Positions 63,376 to 64,000 of a stretch of DNA of 64,000 nucleotides are shown piece by piece. Location: positions 49,809 through 113,808 of the forward strand of contig JBILHA010000001.1 of the NCBI GenBank assembly GCA_044350705.1, written 5' to 3'. How positions within the stretch are numbered: the first letter of the stretch is position 1; each line of letters starts with the position of its first letter. The translations under genes and the position numbers were made by a program. The notes under the pieces are model-generated. The model saw only the letters and a list, made by a program, of their open reading frames with translations, was not told the origin of the DNA and did no database searches. The DNA is from Candidatus Kapaibacterium sp. GTDB lineage: Bacteria; Patescibacteriota; Patescibacteriia; UBA9934.

Positions 63376-64000
63376 TGTTTTCTTTCGGCATTCCTAAAAA
63401 GAATATCCAGCCTCCTTCTTTTTCTTGGCGTCCTTTTATTGTTATGGGCGTCATGTTGTTTGCTGCCTTTGGTTTGAGAATTTATCAGTGGATACAAGGA
63501 CCGGAAGTTCCTACTGCTGATGTTCCTTCGGTGGCGTGGGAGGATGTGGGAGGTGGTACAAAGGGGGACGGGGAGAGTGTGCGTGCAAATGAGGAGAGCG
63601 AGACGGGTGATGAAGGTGGAGAGGGAAGTGGAGAGGGTGAGGTTCCGGTCGTCAGTGATGAACCTGTTGTAGCGCCAGAAGATACGCCTTCTTCTGCGGT
63701 GCTTCCCGAGGCCATTAATCTCGCGGTTCCTTTTACTTCTCAGGCTCCCCATGGTATTTGGGATGAATTTACTGAAGAGACTTGTGAGGAAGCTTCTTTT
63801 GCAATGGTCGCGGCCTATTATGCCGGTCTTCCTCGGGGAAACATGGATCCTGCCGCGGTTGAGACCGATCTACGTGCAATGGTGGCAAAGCAGGAAGAGC
63901 TCGGTTTTGGAGTGAGTATTTCTGTTGCACAATTTTCTACGTTTTCAGAGGCTTACAATGGCACCTCTGTGCGTGTAATAGAAGATCCTACCGTTGATGA
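63372..64000 (+). CDS. membrane-anchored protein with C39-like (YvpB-type) papain-fold domain, 3' end truncated by the window edge
   Basis: Open frame to the window end. TM, acidic Gly-rich linker, then PFTSQAPHGIWDEFTEETCEEASFAMVAAYY resembling Peptidase_C39_2. Confidence 0.35.
   Translation, partial: MMFSFGIPKKNIQPPSFSWRPFIVMGVMLFAAFGLRIYQWIQGPEVPTADVPSVAWEDVGGGTKGDGESVRANEESETGDEGGEGSGEGEVPVVSDEPVVAPEDTPSSAVLPEAINLAVPFTSQAPHGIWDEFTEETCEEASFAMVAAYYAGLPRGNMDPAAVETDLRAMVAKQEELGFGVSISVAQFSTFSEAYNGTSVRVIEDPTVD

Noticed and set aside
1-64000. CRISPR arrays, rRNA genes, transposases or integrases
   Set aside because: No regularly spaced direct repeats, no rRNA-like conserved blocks and no transposase or integrase ORFs were seen.

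Overview
This 64 kb window is gene-dense with a standard genetic code (UGA is used as a stop) and about 45-50% GC. It reads like a small-genome bacterium with Candidate Phyla Radiation (CPR/Patescibacteria)-like traits, but the sequence alone does not prove that.

The backbone is a str operon (rpsL-rpsG-fusA-[204 aa hypothetical]-tuf-rpsJ). After a 330 bp gap comes an uninterrupted S10/spc cluster running rplC through map. It lacks rpmD (L30), carries a Z-type (zinc-ribbon) S14, and has RG/RGG-rich tails on S5 and S3. The infA-rpmJ-rpsM-rpsK-rpsD-rpoA-rplQ tail is missing.

Other housekeeping genes:
- trxB (5' partial), rarA, an RsmB/F-type methylase, leuS, comEC, ndk, murA, an M50 protease.
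- asnS and an archaeal-type aspS, ruvX, recO, scpAB, a DD-carboxypeptidase, parAB.
- A short rel (HD + synthetase + TGS), topA, dprA, pth, der, an LCP protein, eno, lexA, a divergent metK-like gene, a cyclophilin, and a TM0106-type RecB-like nuclease.
- Three tRNAs: initiator fMet on the plus strand; Met(CAU) and Leu(CAA) on the minus strand.

No CRISPR array, rRNA, transposase or integrase was seen.

The most unusual signals, in rough order of interest:
- A complete Nudix hydrolase domain with a perfect Nudix box is inserted inside LeuRS, between the editing domain and the resumed catalytic core.
- A T-box-like leader (F-box, AGUA, T-box sequence, terminator) sits upstream of asnS.
- An exact G-rich 13-mer (TAGGGGGTGGGGT) occurs twice in comEC and once antisense in dprA, with related G-run blocks in two intergenic regions.
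- A convergent 700 bp intergenic region carries a promoter, a terminator/antiterminator pair and an anomalously GC-rich segment with no recognisable RNA family.
- An alpha-proteobacterial-style LexA box (GTTC-N7-GTTC) plus a palindrome lies between lexA and a MetK paralog that has lost conserved acidic residues.
- A 1200 aa ORFan with a small upstream partner.

Coordinates of non-ORF features (terminators, promoters, tRNAs) were read by eye and may be off by a few nucleotides.
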